Below are positions 1 through 11,600 of a stretch of DNA of 64,000 nucleotides, in pieces. The position numbers were made by a program, and so were the translations under genes. Every line of letters starts with the position of its first letter. Position 1 is the stretch's first letter. The stretch covers positions 1 to 64,000 of the forward strand of contig JADIIX010000128.1 of NCBI GenBank assembly GCA_027604505.1, read 5' to 3'. Source of the stretch: Gonapodya sp. JEL0774 (Eukaryota). Under the pieces are notes generated by a model that saw nothing but the letters and a program-made list of their open reading frames with translations, was not told the origin of the DNA and did no database searches.

Positions 1-330
1 CCGCCGCGCACATACACACACCCGGCCGCACCGCCACGGAGCCCCACGTACCTGTCGCTCTCTCCACCCGGCAGGACCCTTCCCACGCAAAAGTTCTCCC
101 GATGACACACCCGGCCTCGGCCAGCACCAGATGCGTGGCGAGCGGAAACGATTCAAAATGGTTCGGACGGGGCGAGATTGCGGTCCACGGTGAGGGCGTC
201 GATGGCGATGGTGCGGATGCCCAAGGAGACAAGGTGGGCGGCGAGGGCTGCAGACGGGCAAGGCAGGGCGTCGGCATCGTCAGGAGCGTCTGCAGTGGAA
301 GCGCAGGGCAGATCCCAGTACGTGTCCGAT
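1..330 (-). pseudogene. Cyclase-family (kynurenine formamidase-like) fragment, frameshifted, running off the window edge
   Basis: The minus strand reads PSAALAAHLVSLGIRTIAIDALTVD, then after a frameshift near 155-170 continues HFESFPLATHLVLAEAGCVIGENF. This resembles the cyclase C-terminal 'IDxxSVD...H..L...G..I.EN' pattern. The segment is markedly GC-rich. Confidence 0.5.
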
Positions 331-3300
331 GAAGAGGGTTCAACTGCGGGTGCAGGACTTTTCTGGATAGGAGTAGAGAGGGGGGATGACGTCACCTTTT
401 CCTTAGGCTCACTATTATTTATGTATGCGTTCTCGAAACTTAAGTTCATATTTGCGGCCTTCTGATATCAATTCTTTTACTCTGAAAGTCCATTGAAATT
501 TCGTGCATCAACTCACCAAATGTACCGAGTTTCCGATAAAACCACCACACCTCAGTTCCCAGTTTCTTCCCAAAGGTTTTCGCTGTTGTTGTGGAGCCAG
601 TCCTCTCATTCAAGAAATGAAAATGGAAATCGGATCACGCAGCGCGAATAACATTGCCAGTTCGATTCGGAATTCGATGGGCAAACTAAGCCTTGTCTAA
701 ATGGAAATAATACTACGCCAAAAAGAAGAATATTTTCATTCCTGTAGCGGCTGACGCTTCACGAGTTAGAAGTAGCTTCAGATGTTGCGAGCTTGTTTCC
801 TTCCCCGGCTGGTGCTAGGCGGTTGCGCGAACATACTTGTACATCACTGTTGTGCTTGCATAGTATGACTGTGAACACAAGTCATTAATCATTCATAGAG
901 CCACTTGCCAGAATCAAACTGTTTCTGGAGGCCGACACTGACATGTTCTGCGTTGCTTCGATCAGTGTTTCGATCAAATTGTGAGAACACTTGGACATTT
1001 CCCATTGTTGTTAGTCTGACTGTTCGCTTGCTGCTCTGGTAATACGATACATCACTCTGAAGCGTGAGCAATGAACGATGAACAATGGACAATTCACAAC
1101 ACAACACAGGAGAAGAGATGTTGACTTACATACAAAACATTACACATACAAGTATGTTGCAATATAAAGCAGTTTGAAAGCAAATATTTATCTGAACCAC
1201 CGTGGTTGAATGGCAACACTGCGGCTCCGGGCCTGGACTTGTCCATTCGCGCGGTAGTTCGACTCTTGCGAGTTAGGTTTTTTCTTTGGCAAAAACTTTT
1301 ATCGTTCCCTCCACTTTTCTCTTTTCGCCAAAGGAGCTCACGAAAGAGTTATGCATTTCGAAAGGAAGCACTTACTGTCATTGGACAAAATATGTTGATG
1401 AGAGGTGGTGCTTTCTCCGTGAATCACTAGCCGGCCCCACAAACCGTTCAGAATGCAAAACTGCTTATCCACTACAAAAATTCCTCCGTCTCTACGCTTT
1501 CAGCAACGACCTGACGGATGAAGACGGAGCATTTTTACAAGAAAACGCTCTCCCAGGTGCAGACGAACTCTTTCAGTCTGTGTTGAATACAATTCCAGCA
1601 TCTTTGATCTCCGTGAACTGAATGAAAGGGGCGATTATGCGGATCTGGCTTTGGAAAAACCGATTATCACCTCTTTGGCCCAGGCAAGTCGGTCTGAGTT
1701 CCGAAGCTCCAGCTGCAGGGCAGCTGACAACGCTACTCTCCCAGAAAGGGGCCTTCCGTTCGTATTTGTACATGGCCTTCGACTCCCGCGTGCTGTTTAC
1801 AGCTCGCTTTTTGTTGATGCTTGCTAAGAAGGGAATGAAAGTGCTCACGTATGGTGTGTGTGCGATCAATCATGGACTGTCCGCATCCGGAGTCTTGTTA
1901 CCCGTTTCATGTCTCATTGGTTTGTAAATTCCCGGTGAAAGTTCTCTTGGGCCCTGCCTGCTAGGATGCCCCACAGGCCGTCTACAGCAGTTCATTCTAC
2001 GTCGGGCAGCTTCGTCTCCTCACCGCAAAAGCTGTTCCAGTGACCCAGGTGCTCCCAACTGGGGCGTGCGGGCAGACGGGACTGGGAGCGCCAAGTTGGA
2101 ACACCATGCATTTGTTCTCCTCAATACCTCTTGAGCCGAGGATGGGGAGGGTTGATGGAACCACATCAACAGCCAATCAGTCTCCGGAAACAACCGTCTC
2201 GTCGCTTTGGGCGGGAGGTCATACAGCCGCTTGGTGCTCACGACGCGCTTGAGTGGTCTGGAGCGCCTTATCGCCCTGCACTCGCTAATGGTGGCCAGGG
2301 TGAACCGACGGTGATAGCAAATTTGGAGGTTGGTATTTACCTGCCCGTTCGTAAATCGATCTCCTAAAGCCATACTCAGCTTCGAGCTCCCACTGCTGCC
2401 AACCTCTGCCACCCATGCGGAAAGCGCTGGACCAACACCTACGACCATTACAGGTTCCGGGAATCGCACGGGAATTGCACGGGAATATCATTAGTGTGGA
2501 AGCTTCAGCTCCAATGATGGCCCAACGTCCATCTGCAGTCAATGTGCGCACTCCACCAGCAACCAAGCCAGTAGTGCAATATACGTGCAATTCGAATATA
2601 AATCGATCGCAATACAAAGGACACGAAAGAAATTCGAACGAAGGGAGCGACATCAGCAGTACGCGTTCTTCGGTTCTCGGCAGCGATGATACTGGAAAAG
2701 GTCTACCGATGCCCTTGTTCAACGTGTGGCACCACAGACGAAACCCGGTGCCCACTGCCACTGTGGTGGGGCATCAAATGCGAAATAATTGATTGAAGAA
2801 ATCAATTACAGCTTAATTCTTGTTGTTGTTCCCACGGTGGTGAGGAGTGGGAGGGTTGTCTAGGACGTCGACTATTAGCTTTGATCTTTCCGGAATGTGC
2901 CACTCGGGCAAGGTCAAACAACCAGTGTAAGACCGGGGTCTGAGGTTTGTTTTTTGCGGCGCAGATGCAATTGTTCCTACGTGTCTGCTCGATATTACGA
3001 ACACACAGCCAGCATTAGTTGGCGTGAACTACGTCTCCCATGCGGGAGCTGCCGCATTTTGCTTGTATCAAGCCACTGACATCGGAGCTAAGATTCGAAT
3101 GGAATCTATCGTAGCGCATCTCATCCACGTGATCGACGTAGCGACAAGGTTCTACGCCTGAAACCACCGAATGTCTCTCTAGGATTCTCCCGATCGCCGC
3201 CAATGGTGCCGCCTTGGATTCAAAGCATATACATTCGTCGTGCTAACCGACTCACAGCAACTCTTATGGACACTGCAACGTGCCTTTTGGGCCCCAAGGA

Positions 3301-6300
3301 CTGAGGCTGTTCTGAGGGTGATGGTTGTCGAGACTTCGTCATGACGGCTTAGGGAAACTTGGAGAGCATGGGGTGAGAGTATAGCAGTCTCGTCTTTTTT
3401 TTTTGCACTGCCAGCACCTGATATGTAGTTCATGGACAATGGTCGAACCGACTTTCGGCTCCCCGTTTCTTTCCATTCGTTTCTCCAGACTTAGGTCGCA
3501 GACCAAGAATCCACTGGAGAAAACTTTTGTTCTTTTTCATTGCGACCATGCGACCATACGTTCTCATTTTCAGATCCATGCTCGTTACGTAGTCAATGTC
3601 GCCGAATTCTTTGATTCGAATGTAGACCCATCGAGAACTTGAAACACATGGAAACAAATCTCAAAGATTGATGTAACATTCTAAGTACAAGTAACTTCGG
3701 TTCGCTCACCTCCAACTTCCGTACTGGCGACCGCTCATGATAGGCATGGATCACGATCACTACCGTCATACTCATTCAACGCCGTTTGATTCCCCGCAGC
3801 TCTACTTACGCCAACCATGAGACTAAGAATTGAAATTTCCATTCCGGGAATTGCGGTTGGATGAAGGTGATGGCAATCAATGGGACCCGTGACAGCCTAA
3901 TAAGCGTGACGAACATTGTGAGGCCAGTGAGGTACGAGGGGTCGGACGTATGAATATATTTTTGAGTGAAGAGATATGTGCGAGGCACGGAAGCTCGCGG
4001 GTGCTGTGGTGCATTACGGGGGTGCAATTGTTCCAGCACTCGCCCAAATAAATGGATTCCACTATGTACTTCAATGAGAGTGCCATTCATCTACACAACA
4101 CAAGCTTCCATGAACAACCGCCCGACGCCCGCTTCCAATGAATTGCGTCAGCCCGTCCAATTTGCGTGACACAACAAGACTTGCGACGTTCTGTGGAGGG
4201 CCTCCGTCAGAAAAAATCTGTTGGTCTTCATGAGGTTGCATAATGGATGGGTTTCTGGACTAATAGTGCCTAAGGAAGAACCGCCCATGAACGAAGTTTC
4301 ACAATGTGTGGCACGACATCGCTGAGTGCGACTTCGCGCGTTCGGTGGAGCGCCCGTGATGCTCAGCAAAGATATCTTTTCCCCCCTTCGTGACCTGCAT
4401 GAGCTTGCGATAGATAACTACTTGTCTAGTAAGGAACGATAGCCTTTTAAGAGTTTACACAGGAGAAACTGACAATCACAATAGTGGGAATTTATCACCT
4501 TCTAGTACCCCACAGATTTGTTCCAAAATTTGATCCCGTCGCTTTGTCGCTTCGAGGTCGGGGCTTCGCAACTCTCAAGGGGGAACCTTCGCCGATCGCG
4601 ATACTTTATACGCATCCCGATCAACCCTATTGTTCACTCACAGTCAATAGTGCGATTGGACCACGCAAGCCGACCACTCAACTTGGTGAGAAGATACCAT
4701 CACCCTGTGGGTCATTTACTGGAACGAGCTTTGTTTGCTCAGCGATGCGAATGGATGGCGGCTCGGGACCACGTGGAGCAGATGACTTCCTGTTAAGTCT
4801 TGAGGTTTCACTCACAATGAGCAAAGGAGCGGTGTTCGTCTTGCCCTGAATCGAAAGTCGTGAAACTCACTATGCTTCCCGGCTCAAGATAAGGCCATTA
4901 GGTATTATCTCCACCTTGACTGAAGTCGCCGAGAGCTTAACTCTCATAATCAGGTGGTTCTTTTCCAAGCGAACCACGGTAATGACCAGAGCACAGGAGA
5001 GTGGAGCTTACATCAGAGCATTCACTTCTATTGCAAGGATCCCGATATCCAAAGTTCCTGAAAGAAAGTTCGTCTATGGGTCATTGTGGGTACAGTCAGT
5101 GATGATGGACGAAAGAAGAGTTCGAGGGATGGGAGAGATGACGTGAGACCTCTTCGCAACAAGGATGACTTCAACCCACAACACTTATAAACTACGAAAT
5201 CCAAATTGACCGCATTCAAGGAGTGCTTGAAGAGAAGTGCGCGAGGATGCTCTGGGCTCTAATCTCACGGGGTTGCTTTCCTTATGGTGGCAACCGATCA
5301 AGAGTCCAAGCCTGGACTCCTTCCAAGTCACAGGCATTCCTCTGCCCACGTTCATCGGTTTTTGTGGAATACTATTGATGCTTTTGGTCTCCAATGGGTG
5401 TTGACTGGAATACAAGCGAACAGACTGGCGGTTTTTGCCGAACAAACAAAGGACACAGGGGACGGATCATCTGGGGGTCAGTGATGACTTCTATGCGAAC
5501 GGTCCAAGAGAAATATGACCGGCTGGATACTTTTACGGATTGTCTCGGCTTTGTCGGCCCGGACAGTCGCTTGATCATTGTCGAGCAGTCGTGTGCAAGT
5601 AATATGAAATTGGATGCTGGTTCGGAGTTTGACAACCCCCTTGCAATCTTTGAAGCACCGTAACTCGACAATGAAACATCGGATTTTGATGTTTAACATG
5701 GAATTCGATTCGCAAAAATCTCAGCTCTGAAACTGTCGCTAAAAGAAGATGTTCCATGGAACTTTACGGTAATTGAAATGATTCAAGGGTCAATGGGGCT
5801 GAGCAAGCACGTCAAAACGCCAGTGGCTTGTGACCAACAACCAATCTCCAAACTTCCAGCGAAATTGGAACCGCGACGCGTCTGGATGGCGCAGACAGCG
5901 CGCAATGTGAGTTGAACACCTGCTTCATAGTGAACGCGCGTTCCTCGTGTGCTTGCTCGTTGTTGCGCGTTGTTGGCGTCTGCTTCGGTTCGGGGCGAGT
6001 TCAGTTTCCGCAAGCAACGCAGAACGCCGGCGGATCCACGGCAACGTCGTTACCGGCACGTCTCCATCCGCGAGTGTTTGTTGGCGTGAGCTAGTGGTTT
6101 GTTGAGTGCTGGTGAGTATGGTGTCGACTGCGGAACGGTCACATGACCACCTTCAACTTGGTTTCTTCGACCAAAACCCGTTTCCATCGCAGATATTCTT
6201 AACTAGGATCGTATTGGCAGCATCTGCTGGCGCCAAGAGAACGAGAATCACTGACATCAATTCTCCCGAGTCACGTCCCCATTACTTTGGAATGACGACA

Positions 6301-7104
6301 CGGGTATCTGTACCAGGTAGAGGGTCTTGCCGTTTACATTGGAAGCGTGTAAGTTGACTAGGACCGCCCCGTTACCGCAACCCTCGTGAAGCAGGTGACC
6401 GACTCCACATACGTGATTCGTCACGTGTGTTCCGTTATGCACAGCATCGCGTTTGCGTGAAGAACGTTTCATAGTTCTTGACGCGGCGATATTGGTGACA
6501 CTTCTGCTTTTTTATCACTGCCCTCTTCCACAGCTATCCCCTGAATGCAACTTTCAATAACTTGTCATGTCTGAGTCAACCCATCGGCAACGTCTGATCT
6601 CTTTGCTCTCATGCAGGTCCAACGAAGAACCGAGAACATACAACCTGCGCACCCAAAAGCAAACCATGCTCACGTTTTCCTGTTGAATGCATTCAGGAAC
6701 GATTTCAAGCCACTATCCCGTTTTCAACGCGATTGTGCACATCGTGTGTATCCGCCATCAGTGACAAAACATACTGAAGAATGGCAGAGGCAGTAAAGGT
6801 GAGAAAATCACACGTTTGTCAGGTTCATTGCAAGTGCACGCTCTCACTCTCTGATTTGGTGCGGGGAGCTGACTCCCGAGGCGAGTATCTGTTGTTCATT
6901 CAATCACCAGCTCGACTGTTCTATCTAACAAAGAGCATTTCTCCCGTTTCCGCCAAGAGCGTCTGACAACTCACTGACCTCGATCATCGCCCCGCATCTA
7001 GTTCAAGCGCGCTTGTTGGGGCATGTCCCGGTCAGCAGCAACCAGTTGAATTCCTCGATCAATGTTCCTTCGCTGCCGCGGCCCCATTCAATTGCGCTAG
7101 CGCC

Positions 7105-8020
7105 ATTCCCGCACTGTGACGGTGGCACCGGCAAAAATCTGGACGGATCAAGGCCCCTGGGTCAGATGTTGGGGCCTGCGCATTACTCCCAAGTTTTGCA
7201 AGGTTGCAACGCTGTCTCTTGGGCTTTGCCTGTCTGCGGCACCCACCATTCCATTCCGAGTGAGCGAGCGCGGGCGATCTCGACGGTCTTTACACTGCGA
7301 CAAGAATCGATTTGGACACCATTTCAAGAATGCGATCTTCCTTCCTACACTGCGACGGCTTCTTCTGGCGCCCGGCAAAGAATCTGGACGGATCAAGGCC
7401 CCTGGGTCAGATGTTGGGGCCTGCGCATTACTCCCAAGTTTTGCAGGGTTGCAACGCTGTCTCTTGGACTTTGCCCGTCTACGGCACCAACTTTCCACTT
7501 GAGCATGGGACGGCAATCGCCGAGAGTTCTCAGTGTTCTTCACGGCACTTTCCCCAGCAACAAGCAGTGCCCTTTCCAAGTTATGTCGTTGATCGGCATG
7601 TCGCGGTTCCAGGTTCGATATCATGGTATGGAAGAATCTCGAAAGTCTCTCCGCTACAATATCAATTCGATTTGGACACTGTTCCAAGAATGTTTGGAGA
7701 CCGTGAAGGTGAGAGAAGCATACATTTGCTGCCACCACCCCATTCGAGTCTGTGATTGTCATTCCCGCACTCCGACCGCTTCTTCAGGCGACGGGCAAGA
7801 ATCTGGACGGATGAAGGCCCCTGGGGCGGATGTTGGGGCCTGAGCATTACTCCCAAGTTTTGCAGGGTTTCAATGCTGACTCTTGGGCTTTGTCCGTCTG
7901 CGGCACCCACTATTCCGTTTGAGCGAGAGCCGGCGATCTTGACGGTCTTTCCGCTGCCACAAGATTCGGTTTGGACACCATTCCAGGAATAGTTCAGGCT
8001 GCAAAGGTGAGAAAAGCACA
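7105..8020 (+). repeat. Degenerate direct repeat, three copies of a ~120-bp core plus a second repeated module
   Basis: The core 'aatctggacggat(c/g)aaggcccctggg..gatgttggggcctg.gcattactcccaagttttgca.ggtt' starts at about 7136, 7381 and 7800. The module 'tttggacac..ttc.a.gaat' recurs at about 7311, 7670 and 7968. Confidence 0.85.
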
Positions 8021-8666
8021 ATTTTCTTTGGATCGTGCTCACGATAACATTCGGTTTTCATTTGGGGAGCGTTCTCCCAGGCGAGTATGTATCTGTTTGG
8101 TTTCATCCTCTGGGCAGGATCCGACGTCTAAGCAGATACGACCTTGTGCTTCGCCCAGCATCCAATAATAGCGAACTTAACGGCAGCTGAATGTCAACAA
8201 GGCTACTTCACGATCATCCTTACCACACTGTGAACTCCTTCTCCCTCGCTGGAACCACTTCATATATACGTATGTATTTGTGCTCCAACACTTCTTTAAG
8301 TGTCTCCACACACTCAAGTAGCTCAACACACAATTCCATCTTCTTTCCACTTGAAAGTAACTCGCCCTATCAAAAAAATAATCTTGTTTCTCTGTGCTCT
8401 CGTGAACTCCACCGGAACTCAGCCTGTGGCTGATATCAGTACGAAGCGTGGTCCTTATCACAATTCATAGCCCGGCCAGACATTCTATGTTTCAACAGAA
8501 ACCACCACGGCGCGTACAGATTAGAGCCACATGGGAATACAAATCATTTAAAATCAGGGACAACGAGAGTGCTGTGTTGATTACAATATGATGTCAAGAC
8601 AAGCGTTCGAGTACGGAACGGAAAAGCAGTCCAATGTCCCTGGTGCTTAGCAACTAACCATCAGCG

Positions 8667-11600
8667 CTATGTGTCAGGTGGGGGAGCCAGTGGTTGAAAG
8701 TGAAGTGACGGGCCCCGTGGAGGGACAGGTGGAGAAGGAAGGCGTGATAAGCCAGACGGTGGAGGTTGGTCAGAAACGTAGGAGGTGGGGAAGAAACCGA
8801 AATGGTTCGTAGCAATATTCTCTCCCTATACAAAGCACGAATTGGTTCTCATCAACAAAAACGGGCAGGTGACACTGCAAGATCGAAATTGAGGGTCACT
8901 CACATAGCTCCAACCATCATCAAAGTCGTGCCAGACCGACACACCGTCGCTGACCGCCATCGCCAATTCCCCCTCCTTCGTCGGTTTAAACTCAAACAAT
9001 GCTGCACACAGTGGGCTCGACTGATCCGCGAGCTGTTCCTTCACGCTCTCGATTGTCCCCTCCTGATCGTTTGCACGCTCCTCAAGCTCTACCCTCGTAC
9101 GTTGTAGCTCGTCTAGACGACGTGATTCCCTTTCTAAATTAGCTACACGTGCTTTACTTTGTCTCAGTCGGTCTTGGAGCGCAAGGATTTCAGCCTCCAG
9201 GGCATGATTGGACGTCTGCAATTGGGCGAAAAGGGTCTGAACGTCCACCGATACTTTGTCCGGTTTTTGTAAGACAGCGGTGGGCTCTTCTTTGAACCAT
9301 CGTCCGTTCGCGATCCCCGTAGCGTCCATTCCTCGTCGTGCCGGAAAATGCCGTGTTTCGATCAGAACTCGAAGCTCGTATGCGAGTAGTAAGAGCTGCT
9401 TCCGGACGTGATATTCTAGTGTTGGTATTTTCCAAAGAAGCGCGATCGCCGAGAAGTGTGACGTGGTGGTCGCGAGGAATACGGTTTCCACCCACCTCAC
9501 CAAGTGAGCGCCAGTGTGTTGGTGCGAAGGTTCCGTTTTCCCTTCTGTCATGAACATGAATGTATGGCAACAATACCGCACAGAGTTTGCTATCACGACG
9601 AATAGATTCCATCCAATACTTTAAATACTCTTCTAACGTTTTTACCGAGATGCAGTTTGCTCTTACGAGGACAGAAACGTCACTTGACCAATGAACTAAG
9701 TGCTGTTCACCTAACTCTACCTTCCCCAGACCGACCTCTCGATTTGCCAGACTCTCTGTAAGGTAGTGTGTCGTCCACTTCCACAGCTCTCCCTCTCCTG
9801 TCCTTCTCCGCATAACTTATTCTGTTGCGCTTCTTTGCGCCATCTCCGTTGCTCTGCTTTGGTATAGCTCCAACCCCCCGGGATTCCCGTGAGTCACGAG
9901 GTTCACGCTGATCAGGATGTTGCCAGAGCGCGGGAGAGCGGACGATCTGTTCCTCGTGGCGGTCCCCATAGCCTGATTCGTGGCCCGTTGAAGGGTACGC
10001 CGCGGAGCTGTCCCGTCCAGAACCATATGTTGATGTGCGATTGCCAACCGCGACATTACCTGGCGTACGGTACCCTGACGAGTAACCTGAAGAGCCGTAA
10101 CCTGAAGAACCGTAGGATGTGCCGTTATATGAATCGCCATAGCTCCGACTATACGATGGCGCTTGCAGAATATCCGCTTTGAGCTGTGAAATCAGACCAA
10201 GATTCGCCTCGTACTCGTTGGTGAGCTCCTCCAGTCGGGATTCCAGTACAGCCACGCGTTCCGCTTTCCTTAAAGCGGCCTCCTCCGCTCTGCGGACCCT
10301 CGCCATCAACTCATCGACTTGCTCCTCTGTAATCCCGCTTTCGACTTCCGCCTTATCAGATCGCCGGCCCCCGCCACGGCGTGCGCCTCCCCCTGCTAAT
10401 GAGCTCTGACCAAGACTCTGCCCTGTTTGCGATGATGAGGGCGGAGGTGTTGGTGAGTTGGGTGAAGCACCCCAAGATGCGTTGGAGAGCGTCGCTGACG
10501 GTGGCATGGTTGAGCCAGCCGGTGAAAGGTTACGACCCGATACCGTCTGCCCAGGGGACCTCCCTCTGGGCGGTGCTAGTAAACTGGGCGTCAACGTACT
10601 CGCCAGGTTAGAGGATTCAAAGTCCCGGTCTGCGGAATCGAGAGCACGACCACGCCAATGCCTGTCATCCACGTCAGATTCCTCCGCACCACTGGTTGCG
10701 GAACCGCCCTTCCCCGAATCATCTTCCGCCGATTCCGCATACGAGAACCTCCCAACCTTCCCTGACTGGGCGCCTTGTGAAGTAGCTACGGATGCCACGC
10801 TGGACGTATGAGAGTGGGTCGGACGAGGTGATCGGGTGGCATTAGCGGCACCACTAGTGGTGCCTCCACCAGCACGAGATGGAGATGGAGAATGGTGCTT
10901 GGATTGGCGAGGAATGGCTAATGATTGGGGACGAGAAGCCCGCGCTTGGGTCCCCGGGGAGGGCAGAAGGTCAACCGGCGCGGTCGAAGCTCGCTGAATA
11001 GGAATTGGGTGTGGGCTTGCGGCTGTCAACTGGGAGCTATTGGAAAGGTGAGGTGACGAAGCCGATTGGTAAACGGTGAGAGCGGAGTAACCGTTTGAGT
11101 GCTCAGAGTTGGGTCGCGATTGGTTCGTTGGTCGAGTTGCCTCGAATGAATACTGTGAGGGCGGGCGAGAACGAGATGTGGCTTCGGAGTACTGGGATCC
11201 GGGACGTGACCGTGAGGCCTGAATTGGGGTAAGTTAAATCGCCACAAGGAGCCCGTTCAGAGAATGCATGGACTCACAATATCAATCTCTCCTTGATCTC
11301 CACCTCCAGACATGCTTCGTCTGTGTGCTGCCATGCTGCTCGCTCCACCACCATTCAGGGCTCCCTTTTCCCGAACAGGATCGAGCCACTCATGCTTTGA
11401 AAGCCTATTTTGTTGGGGCTGTTCTCCCCCACGCCGCTGCTCCCTTCTCCCTCCTGTAAGCACACCCGGCGTGCTTGCGCCAGATTGCATAGCGGGAGCT
11501 GTCTCCAGTTCACTGTCAGTGTCTGCAGATGGAAGCCCCATTCCATTTGCAGTACCAAGGGAAGTCCCTCCACTGGCAGCACGCCTGTGAGCTTTAAGTG

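Noticed and set aside
1619..1621. In-frame TGA between ORFs 1286-1621 and 1622-1927 as selenocysteine or readthrough
   Set aside because: There is no redox motif context or recognisable SECIS, and an alternative frame looks more protein-like, which favours pseudogene decay.
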